IMG/VR virus record: IMGVR_UViG_2609460346_000006
Location: 1 to 42,345 of that record
Origin: a virus
Taxonomy: Duplodnaviria; Heunggongvirae; Uroviricota; Caudoviricetes
DNA: 42,345 nt
Strand: one strand, 5' to 3'
A model generated the notes under the pieces. The model did no database searches and was not told where the DNA came from. It was given only the letters and a program-made list of their open reading frames with translations. Numbering within the stretch: position 1 is the stretch's first letter; the number at the start of each line of letters is the position of its first letter. Below, piece by piece: positions 8,502-18,400 of this stretch. Made by a program: the position numbers and the translations under genes.

Positions 8502-9431
8502 ATGGCAAACACTGCTGAGATATTCAATTTTCCAGTGCCGGATGCGGCACAAAAGGAGCCGCGCGTGGCAGATCTCGATGATGGTTATACGCGCATTGCA
8601 AATGAGTTGCTGGAAGCTGTGATGCTGGCCGGATTAACACAGCACCAGCTTCTGGTCTTTCTGGCTGTCATGCGCAAAACATATGGCTTTAATAAAAAAC
8701 TGGATTGGGTTAGCAACGAGCAACTTTCCGAATTAACCGGGATATTGCCGCACAAGTGTTCTGCTGCAAAAAGTGTTCTGGTAAAGCGTGGGATTTTTAT
8801 TCAGAGCGGGCGGAATACCGGCATTAATAATGTGGTCAGTGAATGGTCTACATTACCCGAATCAGGTAAGAAAAATAAAGTTTACCTGAAAGAGGTAAAT
8901 TTACCTGAATCAGGTAAAAAAAGTTTACCCAAATCAGGTAAAGGCGTTTACCCGAATCAGGTAAACACAAAAGACAAACTAACAAAAGACAATATAAAAC
9001 CTTTTTCGTCCGAGAATTCTGGCGAATCCTCTGACCAACCAGAAAACGATCTTCCTGTGGTGAAACCGGATGCTGCAATTCAGAGCGGCAGCAAGTGGGG
9101 GACAGCAGAAGACCTGACCGCCGCAGAGTGGATGTTTGACATGGTGAAGACCATCGCGCCATCAGCCAGAAAACCGAATTTTGCAGGGTGGGCTAACGAT
9201 ATCCGCCTGATGCGTGAACGTGACGGACGTAACCACCGCGACATGTGCGTGCTGTTCCGCTGGGCATGCCAGGACAACTTCTGGTCCGGTAACGTGCTAA
9301 GTCCGGCCAAACTCCGCGACAAGTGGACCCAACTCGAAATCAACCGTAACAAGCAACAGGCAGGCGTGACAGCTAGCAAACCAAAACTCGACCTGACAAA
9401 CACAGACTGGATTTACGGGGTGGATCTATGA
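8502..9431 (+). CDS. O: Replication initiator O (lambda O family, lambda-type C-terminus)
   Basis: Start at internal ATG 8502 after GGGAGG; N-domain resembles lambda O (…VADLDDGY…LAVMRKTYG…SQLSE…); C-terminus ends …TDWIYGVDL like lambda O; contains iterons. Confidence 0.85.
   Translation: MANTAEIFNFPVPDAAQKEPRVADLDDGYTRIANELLEAVMLAGLTQHQLLVFLAVMRKTYGFNKKLDWVSNEQLSELTGILPHKCSAAKSVLVKRGIFIQSGRNTGINNVVSEWSTLPESGKKNKVYLKEVNLPESGKKSLPKSGKGVYPNQVNTKDKLTKDNIKPFSSENSGESSDQPENDLPVVKPDAAIQSGSKWGTAEDLTAAEWMFDMVKTIAPSARKPNFAGWANDIRLMRERDGRNHRDMCVLFRWACQDNFWSGNVLSPAKLRDKWTQLEINRNKQQAGVTASKPKLDLTNTDWIYGVDL
8852..8964. repeat. Replication origin iterons inside O (5 copies of ~TTTACCYRAATCAGGTAAA) followed by an AT-rich stretch
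   Basis: Directly visible repeats at ~8852-8869, 8881-8899, 8900-8918, 8924-8942, 8946-8964; AT-rich 8965-9000; matches lambda ori architecture with a different iteron sequence. Confidence 0.8.
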
Positions 9432-10129
9432 AAAACATCGCCGCACAGATGATTAACTTTGACCGTGAGCAGATGCGCCGGATCGCCAACAACATGCCGG
9501 AACAGTACGACGAAAAGCCGCAGGTACAGCAGGTAGCGCAGATAATCAACGGTGTATTCAGCCAGTTACTGGCAACTTTCCCGGCGAGCCTGGCTAATCG
9601 TGACCAGAACGAACTGAACGAAATCCGCCGCCAGTGGGTTCTGGCTTTCCGGGAAAACGGGATCACCACGATGGAACAGGTGAGCGCCGGAATGCGTGTT
9701 GCCCGTCGGCAGAATAGACCATTTCTGCCATCACCCGGGCAGTTTGTTGCATGGTGCCGGGAAGAAGCATCCGTTACCGCCGGGCTGCCAAACGTCAGCG
9801 AGCTGGTTGATATGGTTTACGAGTATTGCCGGAAGCGTGGTCTGTATCCGGATGCAGAGTCTTATCCGTGGAAATCAAACGCGCACTACTGGCTGGTTAC
9901 CAACCTGTATCAGAACATGCGGGCCAATGCGTTGACTGACGCGGAATTACGGCGCAAGGCTGCCGATGAACTGTCCTGTATGACCGCGCGAATTAACCGT
10001 GGTGAGGCGATACCTGAACCAGTAAAACAACTTCCTGTCATGGGCGGTAGACCTCTAAATCGTGCACAGGCTCTGGCGAAGATCGCAGAAATCAAAGCTA
10101 AGTTTGGGCTGAAAGGAGCAATTGTATGA
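9428..10129 (+). CDS. P: Replication protein P (DnaB helicase loader)
   Basis: 233-aa translation near-identical to lambda P as recalled (MKNIAAQMINFDREQMRRIANNMPEQYDEKPQVQQVAQIINGVFSQLL…). Confidence 0.95.
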   Translation: MKNIAAQMINFDREQMRRIANNMPEQYDEKPQVQQVAQIINGVFSQLLATFPASLANRDQNELNEIRRQWVLAFRENGITTMEQVSAGMRVARRQNRPFLPSPGQFVAWCREEASVTAGLPNVSELVDMVYEYCRKRGLYPDAESYPWKSNAHYWLVTNLYQNMRANALTDAELRRKAADELSCMTARINRGEAIPEPVKQLPVMGGRPLNRAQALAKIAEIKAKFGLKGAIV

Positions 10130-10428
10130 CGGGCAAAGAGGCAATTATTCATTACTTGGGGACTCATAAGAACTTCTGTGCGCAGGACGTTGCCGCGGTA
10201 ACAGGTGCAACCGTAACCAGCATAAATCAGGCTGCGGCTAAAATGGCGCGGGCAGGAATCCTGGTCGTTGATGGTAAGGTCTGGCGAACGGTGTATTATC
10301 GGTTCGCTACCAGAGAAGAATGGGAAGGAAAGGTGAGCACGAATTTGATTTTTAAGGAGTGTCGCCAGAGTGCCGCGATGAAACGGGTATTGAGGGTATA
10401 TAAAAGAACATCAATGGGTACACAATGA
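10126..10428 (+). CDS. ren: Ren protein
   Basis: 100 aa, close match to lambda Ren (MTGKEAIIHYLGTH…ATVTSINQAAAKMARAG…). Confidence 0.9.
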   Translation: MTGKEAIIHYLGTHKNFCAQDVAAVTGATVTSINQAAAKMARAGILVVDGKVWRTVYYRFATREEWEGKVSTNLIFKECRQSAAMKRVLRVYKRTSMGTQ

Positions 10429-10495
10429 TGAAACAGGTGAGTTGAGTTCAAACTGTAGTACAATTCTCTCCAGTTTGAACAGGAAAGAATATGCT

Positions 10496-10828
10496 ATGAA
10501 TCCTTATATTTATCTTGGTGGTGCAATACTTGCAGAGGTCATTGGTACAACCTTAATGAAGTTTTCAGAAGGTTTTACACGGTTATGGCCATCTGTTGGT
10601 ACAATTATTTGTTATTGTGCATCATTCTGGTTATTAGCTCAGACGCTGGCTTATATTCCTACAGGGATTGCTTATGCTATCTGGTCAGGAGTCGGTATTG
10701 TCCTGATTAGCTTACTATCATGGGGATTTTTCGGCCAACGGTTGGACCTGCCAGCCATTATAGGCATGATGTTGATTTGTGCCGGTGTGTTGGTTATTAA
10801 TTTATTGTCACGAAGCACACCACATTAA
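10496..10828 (+). CDS. emrE: EmrE small multidrug resistance (SMR) efflux transporter
   Basis: 110 aa from internal ATG; matches E. coli EmrE (MNPYIYLGGAILAEVIGTTLMKFSEGFTRLWPSVGTIICYCASFWLLAQTLAYIPTGIAYAIWSGVGIVLISLLSW…). Confidence 0.95.
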   Translation: MNPYIYLGGAILAEVIGTTLMKFSEGFTRLWPSVGTIICYCASFWLLAQTLAYIPTGIAYAIWSGVGIVLISLLSWGFFGQRLDLPAIIGMMLICAGVLVINLLSRSTPH

Positions 10829-11083
10829 AAATAATTTGTTTTTAAACGACTAAAATATGGAGGCTCGTATATTTATATGGGCCTCGTTTTATGCTTTTTG
10901 TTAATGTCTTTAGTTTTTATTCATTCTTTTGTGCTTTCAAGATTATGGTGTAAGAAAATTGCAATGCGATTATTGTTGTATATTCAAAATAATGTGACCT
11001 TAATTGTCTTTTTAAATAAAAATTAAACAAAAATCATATCTCACCACTAAGGTTTATAAAAGCATACTTTAGCAGGTGTCACC

Positions 11084-12610
11084 ATGAAAAAAGCCATAGC
11101 ATATATGCGATTTTCATCACCAGGTCAGATGTCTGGTGATTCATTAAACCGCCAGAGAAGGCTTATTACTGAATGGCTAAAGGTAAATAGTGATTATTAC
11201 CTTGATACCGTAACGTATGAAGATTTGGGGTTAAGCGCATTCAATGGAAAGCATGCACAATCAGGAGCTTTTTCGGAATTTTTAGATGCTATAGAACATG
11301 GTTATATATTGCCAGGGACTACATTGTTAGTTGAAAGTCTGGACAGACTTTCAAGAGAAAAAGTCGGTGAAGCGATTGAGCGTCTGAAATTGATTTTGAA
11401 TCACGGTATTGATGTTATAACTCTTTGCGATAATACAGTCTATAATATTGACTCATTGAATGAGCCATATTCATTAATAAAAGCCATACTTATAGCACAA
11501 AGGGCAAATGAAGAAAGCGAGATAAAGTCAAGTCGGGTTAAATTATCATGGAAGAAAAAACGGCAGGATGCACTGGAGTCAGGCACGATTATGACGGCTT
11601 CTTGTCCGAGATGGCTCTCATTGGATGACAAAAGAACGGCTTTTGTTCCAGACCCCGACAGGGTGAAAACTATTGAGCTAATTTTTAAACTCAGGATGGA
11701 AAGGCGCTCATTGAATGCAATAGCCAAGTATTTAAATGATCATGCTGTAAAGAATTTCTCAGGAAAAGAAAGTGCATGGGGACCTTCTGTAATTGAAAAA
11801 TTATTAGCGAATAAAGCTCTGATAGGTATATGCGTACCTTCATATCGTGCAAGAGGGAAAGGGATAAGTGAAATCGCTGGCTATTATCCCAGAGTCATAT
11901 CAGATGATTTGTTTTACGCTGTACAGGAAATTCGGTTGGCACCTTTTGGTATTAGCAATAGTAGCAAGAATCCTATGCTAATAAATCTACTTCGAACAGT
12001 TATGAAGTGTGAGGCTTGTGGTAATACCATGATTGTTCATGCGGTATCTGGAAGTTTGCATGGCTATTATGTTTGTCCGATGAGAAGATTACATCGATGT
12101 GACAGACCATCAATAAAAAGAGATTTGGTTGATTATAATATCATTAATGAATTGCTTTTTAATTGTAGCAAAATTCAACCAGTTGAAAACAAGAAAGATG
12201 CTAATGAAACTTTAGAGTTAAAAATTATTGAGCTTCAGATGAAAATTAATAATTTAATCGTTGCATTGTCTGTCGCGCCTGAAGTTACCGCTATAGCAGA
12301 GAAAATAAGACTATTAGATAAGGAATTACGAAGGGCTTCGGTATCATTAAAAACTTTGAAGAGTAAAGGGGTGAGTTCACTTGGTGATTTTCATGCTATT
12401 GATTTAACCAGTAAAAATGGGCGAGAGCTATGTCGTACACTTGCCTATAAAATATTCGAAAAAATTATAATTAATACAGATAATAAAACCTGTGATATCT
12501 ATTTTATGAATGGCATTGTTTTTAAACACTATCCTTTAATGAAAGTAATATCCGCCCAGCAGGCGATAAGTACTCTTAAATATATGGTTGATGGTGAGAT
12601 TTATTTTTGA
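11084..12610 (+). CDS. ybcK: Large serine recombinase (YbcK-like)
   Basis: 508 aa; N-terminal resolvase-type catalytic domain (…AIAYMRFSSPGQ… with catalytic Ser, …LLVESLDRLSR…), Cys-rich zinc-ribbon region and coiled-coil C-terminus; AT-rich. Confidence 0.8.
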   Translation: MKKAIAYMRFSSPGQMSGDSLNRQRRLITEWLKVNSDYYLDTVTYEDLGLSAFNGKHAQSGAFSEFLDAIEHGYILPGTTLLVESLDRLSREKVGEAIERLKLILNHGIDVITLCDNTVYNIDSLNEPYSLIKAILIAQRANEESEIKSSRVKLSWKKKRQDALESGTIMTASCPRWLSLDDKRTAFVPDPDRVKTIELIFKLRMERRSLNAIAKYLNDHAVKNFSGKESAWGPSVIEKLLANKALIGICVPSYRARGKGISEIAGYYPRVISDDLFYAVQEIRLAPFGISNSSKNPMLINLLRTVMKCEACGNTMIVHAVSGSLHGYYVCPMRRLHRCDRPSIKRDLVDYNIINELLFNCSKIQPVENKKDANETLELKIIELQMKINNLIVALSVAPEVTAIAEKIRLLDKELRRASVSLKTLKSKGVSSLGDFHAIDLTSKNGRELCRTLAYKIFEKIIINTDNKTCDIYFMNGIVFKHYPLMKVISAQQAISTLKYMVDGEIYF

Positions 12611-12934
12611 GTAATAATCACTTTTTCAACCGTGCTATGGTATGAAAGTAAAGTGACTAATATGATATTAACTATCTTGAACGAAGCGCCCTGAGCTATA
12701 GTTTTACTATAGGCACTGCCACTGGATGTTGGCATTCTTGCTCTAGTAGCTCAACAATACCCAATCACAAAACAATTCACTGATAACAAACTTTGTGCAC
12801 GTGCTTGGTTATGGCGAACAGGTGATGTTAACCTCTTGCCTGAATGCCACTCCACTTCATTAAGTATCTGAGCACCGAGAGGCTGGTCACGCCCCCATTA
12901 AAAATAATTTCTTTTGAATCGAGTGAAATAGGTT

Positions 12935-12961
12935 AGCCCGCATAAGTGCGGGCTGCTTTTT
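12935..12961 (+). terminator. Rho-independent terminator (possibly bidirectional) between ybcK-like and the esterase gene
   Basis: Hairpin AGCCCGCA-TAAG-TGCGGGCT followed by GCTTTTT; abuts the esterase stop codon. Confidence 0.6.
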
Positions 12962-14003
12962 ACAGGTCAGCGTTTGTTTTTTGTTGTTGGGTAGCGGTTT
13001 TTATGGGGGTTCCCAGGTTTTTAGTAAACCACTCAACAACTCTGTTTATAATAATTGGCTGATACCATGTATTATCGCCATGCTCAGCCCCTTCTACCAG
13101 AACGTACTCAGCGTTATCGCCGTTCTTCTTCAACATCCTGAATAGTTTGGCGCTTTGCTCAGGTGAAACCAGAGTGTCTTTGCTACCATGCATAATAAGA
13201 AATGGGGGTTTTACTCCTTTCATATGTCCGATTGGACTGGCGTTTAGCGCTTTTTCTTTTGACGCTGTTATGGGGGCTCCCGCAAAACTTCTGAATGCAG
13301 GGCCATTGATCATTAAGGCTTCGGTTACGGCAGGAGATCGATGAACCTCCTGCACTGATTCAGGGAACCCCTCGCCAATATTCAACAAGTCAGAAATCCC
13401 ATAAAGTGTGGCAACTGCCTGAACATCTGCTGATTGCTGAAGAAAGTCACCTTTATTAAAGGTTTTGTCACCATTTGTAGTTCCCATCATCTGGGCAAGC
13501 CATCCACCGGCAGAGTCACCCAGAACTCCGATTCTTTGAGGATCAATCCCATAATCGCTGGCATGTTCTCTCAAGTAACGTATTGCAGCTTTCCCATCCT
13601 CAACTGGTGCTGGAAATGTATCAGGAATTGTTCTGTATTCTACAGCGGCCACAACAAAACCAGCTTCAGCCAGAGCCATTCTCATTTCAATAAATTTGTC
13701 ATGTTCAGAAGACATGAATCCGCCGCCGGGATAATAAATAATGGCTGGTCTTAAATCATTTGTTCGCGGGACAAGAACTGACATGTGAAGCTGTCTGACA
13801 GAACGAGTTCCTTTTATCTGGGAATAAACAACATCACCAATGAGATCGACCTGGTTTCTGGTGGGTGAAACACTAATGATATCTGCACCCGGGGTGTAAC
13901 CAGGAAGATTAGTCTGGACAGGTGTTGCACAACTCCCGACCGACATGGCCATTGACATACCATACAATAGTGTTGCAGATGATAATATCTTGTTAATTTT
14001 CAT
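12960..14003 (-). CDS. Secreted alpha/beta-hydrolase esterase/lipase, probable lipoprotein
   Basis: 347 aa; signal peptide with lipobox-like …SVGSC…; HGGG-like …YYPGGGF… and nucleophile elbow …GDSAGG… of the alpha/beta hydrolase fold. Confidence 0.8.
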   Translation of the reverse strand: MKINKILSSATLLYGMSMAMSVGSCATPVQTNLPGYTPGADIISVSPTRNQVDLIGDVVYSQIKGTRSVRQLHMSVLVPRTNDLRPAIIYYPGGGFMSSEHDKFIEMRMALAEAGFVVAAVEYRTIPDTFPAPVEDGKAAIRYLREHASDYGIDPQRIGVLGDSAGGWLAQMMGTTNGDKTFNKGDFLQQSADVQAVATLYGISDLLNIGEGFPESVQEVHRSPAVTEALMINGPAFRSFAGAPITASKEKALNASPIGHMKGVKPPFLIMHGSKDTLVSPEQSAKLFRMLKKNGDNAEYVLVEGAEHGDNTWYQPIIINRVVEWFTKNLGTPIKTATQQQKTNADL

Positions 14004-14352
14004 GTTTTACATGCCTTGACTTATCGGATGAAATTCTCTTACTGAATTTAACGGCAGTTTAATAGCAGTACAACTCGTGGTAGCTAGGGAAATATCCCAG
14101 TCGTGGTTAAGGTTGTACTTGACGGCTATTATTTCAACAATGCTTAAAGTGAGAGCTTAAGGTTATGCGTATGTTTTACAGTCCGAGTAGATTCTGACCA
14201 ATAGCTTCTTTGTATAATTCTGTCAGAAATAAATCTTGGCTTGCATGAAGTTTGAGACCTTATCTTGTTTGATTATGAATAATCAATTCGCCATAATTGT
14301 ATCACCGGAGCCTGAACAACTCCTGTGACTTCTGCGCTAAACGGGGACGTTT

Positions 14353-14454
14353 ATGCGCACATACAATCCAACCTATCTTCTCCATTCACAGATGCAGAAA
14401 TGCACCTGCGATTTTTTGCATCCAGCGTTTGGCCTCTGCGGAGGTGAATCGTGA
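14353..14454 (+). CDS. Small ORF upstream of ybcN (YlcH-like, 33 aa)
   Basis: ATG 14353 with upstream GGGGA; stop TGA overlaps the ybcN GTG start; below ORF-track cutoff. Confidence 0.35.
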   Translation: MRTYNPTYLLHSQMQKCTCDFLHPAFGLCGGES

Positions 14455-14906
14455 ACCTCCCACAAGATGGCATCAAATTGCATCGCGGCAACTTCACCGC
14501 TTTCGGCCAGCAGATCCAGCCTTATCTGGAGGACGGAAAATGCTTTCGCATGGTGCTTAAACCGTGGCGTGAGAAACGCAGTCTTTCCCAGAATGCACTC
14601 AGCCATATGTGGTACAGCGAAATCAGTGAATACCTCATCAGCAGGGGGAAATCGTTCGCTACCGCAGCATGGGTAAAAGATGCTCTCAAACACACATACC
14701 TCGGTTATGAAACCAAGGACCTGGTTGATGTCGTAACCGGCGAAATCACTACTATCCAGTCGTTACGCCATACCTCCGATCTTGATACCGGAGAGATGTA
14801 TGTCTTCCTGTGTAAGGTTGAAGCCTGGGCGATGAATATTGGCTGCCACCTGACTATTCCGCAGCGCTGCGAGTTCCAGCTGCTGCGCGACAAGCAGGAG
14901 GCGTAA
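14451..14906 (+). CDS. ybcN: YbcN / NinB-family protein
   Basis: 151 aa, GTG start after GGAGG; matches the DLP12 YbcN sequence as recalled (…[20 protein letters not shown]…). Confidence 0.8.
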   Translation: MNLPQDGIKLHRGNFTAFGQQIQPYLEDGKCFRMVLKPWREKRSLSQNALSHMWYSEISEYLISRGKSFATAAWVKDALKHTYLGYETKDLVDVVTGEITTIQSLRHTSDLDTGEMYVFLCKVEAWAMNIGCHLTIPQRCEFQLLRDKQEA

Positions 14907-15076
14907 TGGCTACACCGCTTATTCGTATCATGAACGGACACATCTACAAAGTACCAAATCGTCGTAAGCGTAAACCTGAGCTGAAGCCATCCGAAATACC
15001 AACACTGCTCGGGTATACCGCCAGCCTGGTTGATAAAAAATGGTTGCGACTGGCAGCAAGGAGGAATCATGGCTGA
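14906..15076 (+). CDS. ninE: NinE
   Basis: 56-aa ORF ([56 protein letters not shown]) found by manual translation; ATG overlaps ybcN stop. Confidence 0.7.
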   Translation: MATPLIRIMNGHIYKVPNRRKRKPELKPSEIPTLLGYTASLVDKKWLRLAARRNHG

Positions 15077-15359
15077 TTTGAGAAAAGCAGCGCGTGGTCG
15101 GGAATGCCAGGTAAGAATCCCTGGCGTATGTAATGGCAATCCTGAAACGTCAGTACTGGCACATATCCGGCTGGCTGGATTGTGCGGTACCGGTATCAAA
15201 CCGCCAGACCTGATTGCCACCATTGCATGTTCTGCCTGCCACGACGAAATCGACCGTCGCACGCATTTTGTTGACGCTGGATATGCAAAAGAATGCGCGC
15301 TGGAAGGTATGGCGAGAACACAGGTTATCTGGTTGAAAGAGGGGGTTATTGAGGCGTGA
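15069..15359 (+). CDS. ybcO: YbcO-like protein (DUF1364, putative nuclease)
   Basis: 96 aa from internal ATG 15069 after AGGAGG; Cys/His-rich (…[11 protein letters not shown]…CSACHDEID…); DLP12 gene order. Confidence 0.75.
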   Translation: MADLRKAARGRECQVRIPGVCNGNPETSVLAHIRLAGLCGTGIKPPDLIATIACSACHDEIDRRTHFVDAGYAKECALEGMARTQVIWLKEGVIEA

Positions 15360-15718
15360 ATACCTACAGCATCACATTACCTTGGCCTCCGAGCAATAAT
15401 CGCTATTACCGCCATAATCGTGGGCGCACGCACGTCAGCGCAGAGGGGCAGGCATACTGCGATAACGTCGCCCGAATCATTAAAAACGCAATGCTGGATA
15501 TCGGCTTGGCTATGCCAGTGAAAATCCGTATTGAGTGCCACATGCCGGATCGCCGTCGCCGTGACCTGGATAATCTGCAAAAAGCCGCTTTTGACGCACT
15601 CACCAAAGCAGGTTTCTGGCTGGATGATATTCAGGTCGTTGATTACCGTGTTGTGAAGATGCCCGTTACCAAAGGTGGGAAGCTGGAGCTGACCATCACC
15701 GAACTGGGAGATGAATGA
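15356..15718 (+). CDS. rusA: RusA Holliday-junction resolvase
   Basis: 120 aa matching E. coli RusA ([34 protein letters not shown]…). Confidence 0.95.
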   Translation: MNTYSITLPWPPSNNRYYRHNRGRTHVSAEGQAYCDNVARIIKNAMLDIGLAMPVKIRIECHMPDRRRRDLDNLQKAAFDALTKAGFWLDDIQVVDYRVVKMPVTKGGKLELTITELGDE

Positions 15719-15855
15719 TGTTTGAGTCTTATATGGCAGAGCGTCTTCGCCGCCGCTGGGTGCGCCTGCGCTTATATCGTTTTCCTGGTTCTGTTTTGAC
15801 CGATTACCGAATACTGAAGAATTACGCCAAAACCCTGACAGGAGCAGGAGTATGA
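15715..15855 (+). CDS. ylcG: YlcG-like small protein
   Basis: 46-aa ORF ([46 protein letters not shown]) overlapping the rusA stop; found by manual translation. Confidence 0.6.
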   Translation: MMFESYMAERLRRRWVRLRLYRFPGSVLTDYRILKNYAKTLTGAGV

Positions 15856-15940
15856 AGTCAGAGATAACAATCAACTAATACTGTTTTGTTGATTTTTGCT
15901 TGTAATTGGCGTTCTGGTCTGATTTTTGTGGAGTAAGTTG

Positions 15941-16324
15941 ATGCGTGATATTCAGATGGTTCTTGAGCGTTGGGGAGCGTGGGCGGCTAATAATCATGAA
16001 GATGTGACCTGGTCGTCCGTTGCCGCCGGTTTTAAGGGATTAATTCCTTCAAAAGTAAAATCTCGCCCGCAATGTTGTGACGATGACGCGATGATCATTT
16101 GCGGGTGCATGGCCCGTCTGAAAAAGAACAACAGCGATTTACACGATTTATTAGTAGATTATTATGTATGTGGTATGACATTCATGTCACTGGCAAGTAA
16201 GCATTGCTGCTCGGATGGTTATATCGGGAAAAGGTTACAGAAGGCTGAGGGCATAATTGAAGGGATGTTAATGGCATTAGATATCCGGTTAGATATGGAT
16301 ATCGTTGCTAATAATTCTAATTGA
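15941..16324 (+). CDS. quuD: Late-gene antiterminator Q (QuuD / phage 82 Q type)
   Basis: 127 aa from ATG 15941 (GGAG upstream); Cys-rich zinc-binding region (…[16 protein letters not shown]…); position after rusA/ylcG. Confidence 0.85.
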   Translation: MRDIQMVLERWGAWAANNHEDVTWSSVAAGFKGLIPSKVKSRPQCCDDDAMIICGCMARLKKNNSDLHDLLVDYYVCGMTFMSLASKHCCSDGYIGKRLQKAEGIIEGMLMALDIRLDMDIVANNSN

Positions 16325-16370
16325 TATGCAATTGTTTACTAAAAGTTATTAAAAATGGGGCGTGGAAACG
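16320..16370 (+). promoter_or_regulatory. Putative pR' late promoter / qut region
   Basis: TTGATA overlapping the Q stop with AT-rich downstream sequence; position immediately 3' of Q and ~170 bp before a + strand terminator; exact -10 not resolved. Confidence 0.35.
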
Positions 16371-16375
16371 CCCCC
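16358..16375 (-). terminator. Hairpin GGGGCGT-GGAAA-ACGCCCC; possible porin-gene terminator
   Basis: Perfect 7-bp GC stem followed on the minus strand by ATTTTTAA; could instead be part of the pR' leader. Confidence 0.35.
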
Positions 16376-16461
16376 AAAATAAAGGGTAATATATAACAGA
16401 AGGTTTATATAGTAAGAAGCAAGGTAGTGCTTCTAAAGGAAGTGGCTTGAGGGCTCCACTT

Positions 16462-16502
16462 ATATGTTGCGGAGGCAAAGCCTCCCGCAACATATCTTTT
16501 TC
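16462..16502 (+). terminator. tR'-like rho-independent terminator downstream of Q
   Basis: ~15-bp stem (ATATGTTGCGGAGGC/GCCTCCCGCAACATAT) followed by CTTTTT. Confidence 0.65.
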
Positions 16503-16512
16503 GTAAGTCAGA

Positions 16513-17595
16513 TTAGAACTGATAAACCAGACCTACAGCGACGATGTCGTCGGTATCAATACCAGCTGTTTTGGTAAACTTACTATCGTCAATTAAGTTG
16601 ATTTTGTAATCAACAAAAGTGGACATGTTTTTATTAAAGTAGTAAGTAGCACCGACATCGACATACTTGACTAAGTCTCGGTCACCATGAACACCAAGGT
16701 CTTTACCTTTTGACTGAAGGTAAGCAACAGATGGTCGCAGACCGAAGTCAAACTGATATTGTGCTACTGCTTCAAAGTTTTGTGCTTTGTTTGCAATATG
16801 GTTATTACCAAAAACGGTCATATTCTGAGTTTCAGAATATGTGGTAGCCAGATAGATATTGTTCGCATCATATTTCAGGCCTGCAGCCCATACTTCCGCA
16901 TTTTTGCCGGAGGCATTGAATTTGCTCTTACCATAGGCGACCTGACCGTCAGTGCGATCTGATTTAGCATAGGTTGCACCCACGCCGAATCCTTCATACT
17001 CATAAGTAGTGGAGAAACCGAAACCATCACCATTGGCTTCAGTTACGTCAGTGCGGTCATTTTTACCCTGATACTGAGCAGCAAAGTTCAGGCCATCGAC
17101 CAGACCAAAGAAGTCGTTGTTACGATAAGTTGCAACACCAGTAGTGCGACCAGTCATGAACACATCTGTTTGGGTCCAGGTATCACCACCGAATTCTGGC
17201 AGGACGTCAGTCCACGCACCGATGTCGTATGCTACACCGTAGTTACGGCCGTAATCGATTGAGCCGTAATCACCAAATTTCAGGCCTGCAAATGCAAGAC
17301 GGGTTTTGTCTTTGGAAGAACCTTGAGATTCAGCACGGTTGCCTTTGAATTCATATTCCCACTGACCGAAACCAGTCAGTTGATCGTTGATTTGGGTTTC
17401 ACCTTTGAAGCCAAGACGGGCATAAGTAGTATCACCATCATCTGCATCATTAGAGGAAAAGTAGTGCTTGGCATTAACTTTCCCGTATAGATCCAGCTTG
17501 TTACTGTCTTTATTATAAATTTCAGCTGCCTGAGCAGACATCGCCATCAGTACTGATGCAGCTACAGCAGAAATTGCCACTGTTAATTTTTTCAT
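16513..17595 (-). CDS. nmpC: OmpC/NmpC-family general porin (phage moron)
   Basis: 360 aa; signal peptide ending …SAQA; porin-like sequence ending in the C-terminal …VGLVYQF; antisense between Q and lysis genes as for DLP12 nmpC. Confidence 0.9.
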   Translation of the reverse strand: MKKLTVAISAVAASVLMAMSAQAAEIYNKDSNKLDLYGKVNAKHYFSSNDADDGDTTYARLGFKGETQINDQLTGFGQWEYEFKGNRAESQGSSKDKTRLAFAGLKFGDYGSIDYGRNYGVAYDIGAWTDVLPEFGGDTWTQTDVFMTGRTTGVATYRNNDFFGLVDGLNFAAQYQGKNDRTDVTEANGDGFGFSTTYEYEGFGVGATYAKSDRTDGQVAYGKSKFNASGKNAEVWAAGLKYDANNIYLATTYSETQNMTVFGNNHIANKAQNFEAVAQYQFDFGLRPSVAYLQSKGKDLGVHGDRDLVKYVDVGATYYFNKNMSTFVDYKINLIDDSKFTKTAGIDTDDIVAVGLVYQF

Positions 17596-18023
17596 TGTAC
17601 GCCCTTTTTTTTGAACTATTATTAAAAAATGATGTCACTGCGCGATAAATATTCATCTAATCAATGCGATTATTTCAAGATGTAAGTTTTAGTTTCTCAT
17701 TTAATTTGTGAAGTAGATCTCTATTTTTATCTGAACCTTTTCTATCTAATCCTATTCATGGCTCTTGTTTGAACGAAAATAAATCTATTAGCTAATTTAT
17801 ATTAATGGCACTTATTTATAAGCGCTCTATAATTCTTTAGCTTAATTTAAACAAACTAAAAATAACATCGGAAATTATTCATTGGTTATTTGTTGAAGTT
17901 TTCTTATGTATTTGTGGTGGTGTTTTGAACACTCGGTGGCATTCTCACAAATATCATTTAGTAGTTTACGTACGTAAAAAATTGGTTATGCTGTTAAGAG
18001 TGGTTACTTCGTCACACAGCTTA

Positions 18024-18055
18024 AACCCGCCGTCGAGCGGGTTTTTCCATTTTTT
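18024..18055 (+). terminator. Rho-independent terminator upstream of the lysis cassette
   Basis: Stem AAACCCGC/GCGGGTTT followed by TTCCATTTTTT. Confidence 0.6.
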
Positions 18056-18184
18056 GAGTCTCGATATTAGCTGATAACCCAATACCTGAGTTATTCACTG
18101 ACTCCAAATCTGTTACGTTTCTGCCTTTATTGCGATACGTAGTATCCCCTTAATTTACACCCGCTTTGTCTGCGAGGTGGGGTT

Positions 18185-18400
18185 ATGAAATCCATGGATA
18201 AGTTAACAACGGGTGTCGCCTATGGCACCTCAGCAGGTAGTGCCGGTTACTGGTTTTTACAGCTGCTCGATAAAGTCACGCCCTCACAGTGGGCAGCAAT
18301 AGGTGTGCTGGGTAGCCTGGTATTTGGCCTGCTGACGTACCTGACAAACCTTTATTTCAAGATTAAAGAAGATAAGCGCAAGGCTGCGAGAGGTGAATAA
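18185..18400 (+). CDS. Class II holin / pinholin (S21 family)
   Basis: 71 aa, two TM segments, dual-start motif MKSM, charged C-terminus; matches phage 21 S / EssD-type sequence as recalled. Confidence 0.9.

Noticed and set aside
8852-8964. Short direct repeats that could be mistaken for a CRISPR array
   Set aside because: They lie inside the O reading frame, are contiguous without unique spacers and are followed by an AT-rich segment, which is ori iteron architecture; no cas genes are present.
10496-10828. emrE as evidence of an acquired resistance island
   Set aside because: The sequence is the ordinary E. coli prophage-borne emrE as recalled, with no integron or transposon features; noted only as cargo.
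14297-14693. ORFs 14297..14560 (+) and 14373..14693 (-) overlapping ybcN
   Set aside because: Alternative-frame or antisense overlaps of the conserved ybcN frame; the plausible upstream gene is the separate 33-aa ORF at 14353-14454.
16358-16375. GC hairpin near the Q 3' end as a definite terminator
   Set aside because: Its position within the presumed pR' leader makes a qut/pause or leader structure equally plausible; kept at low confidence.
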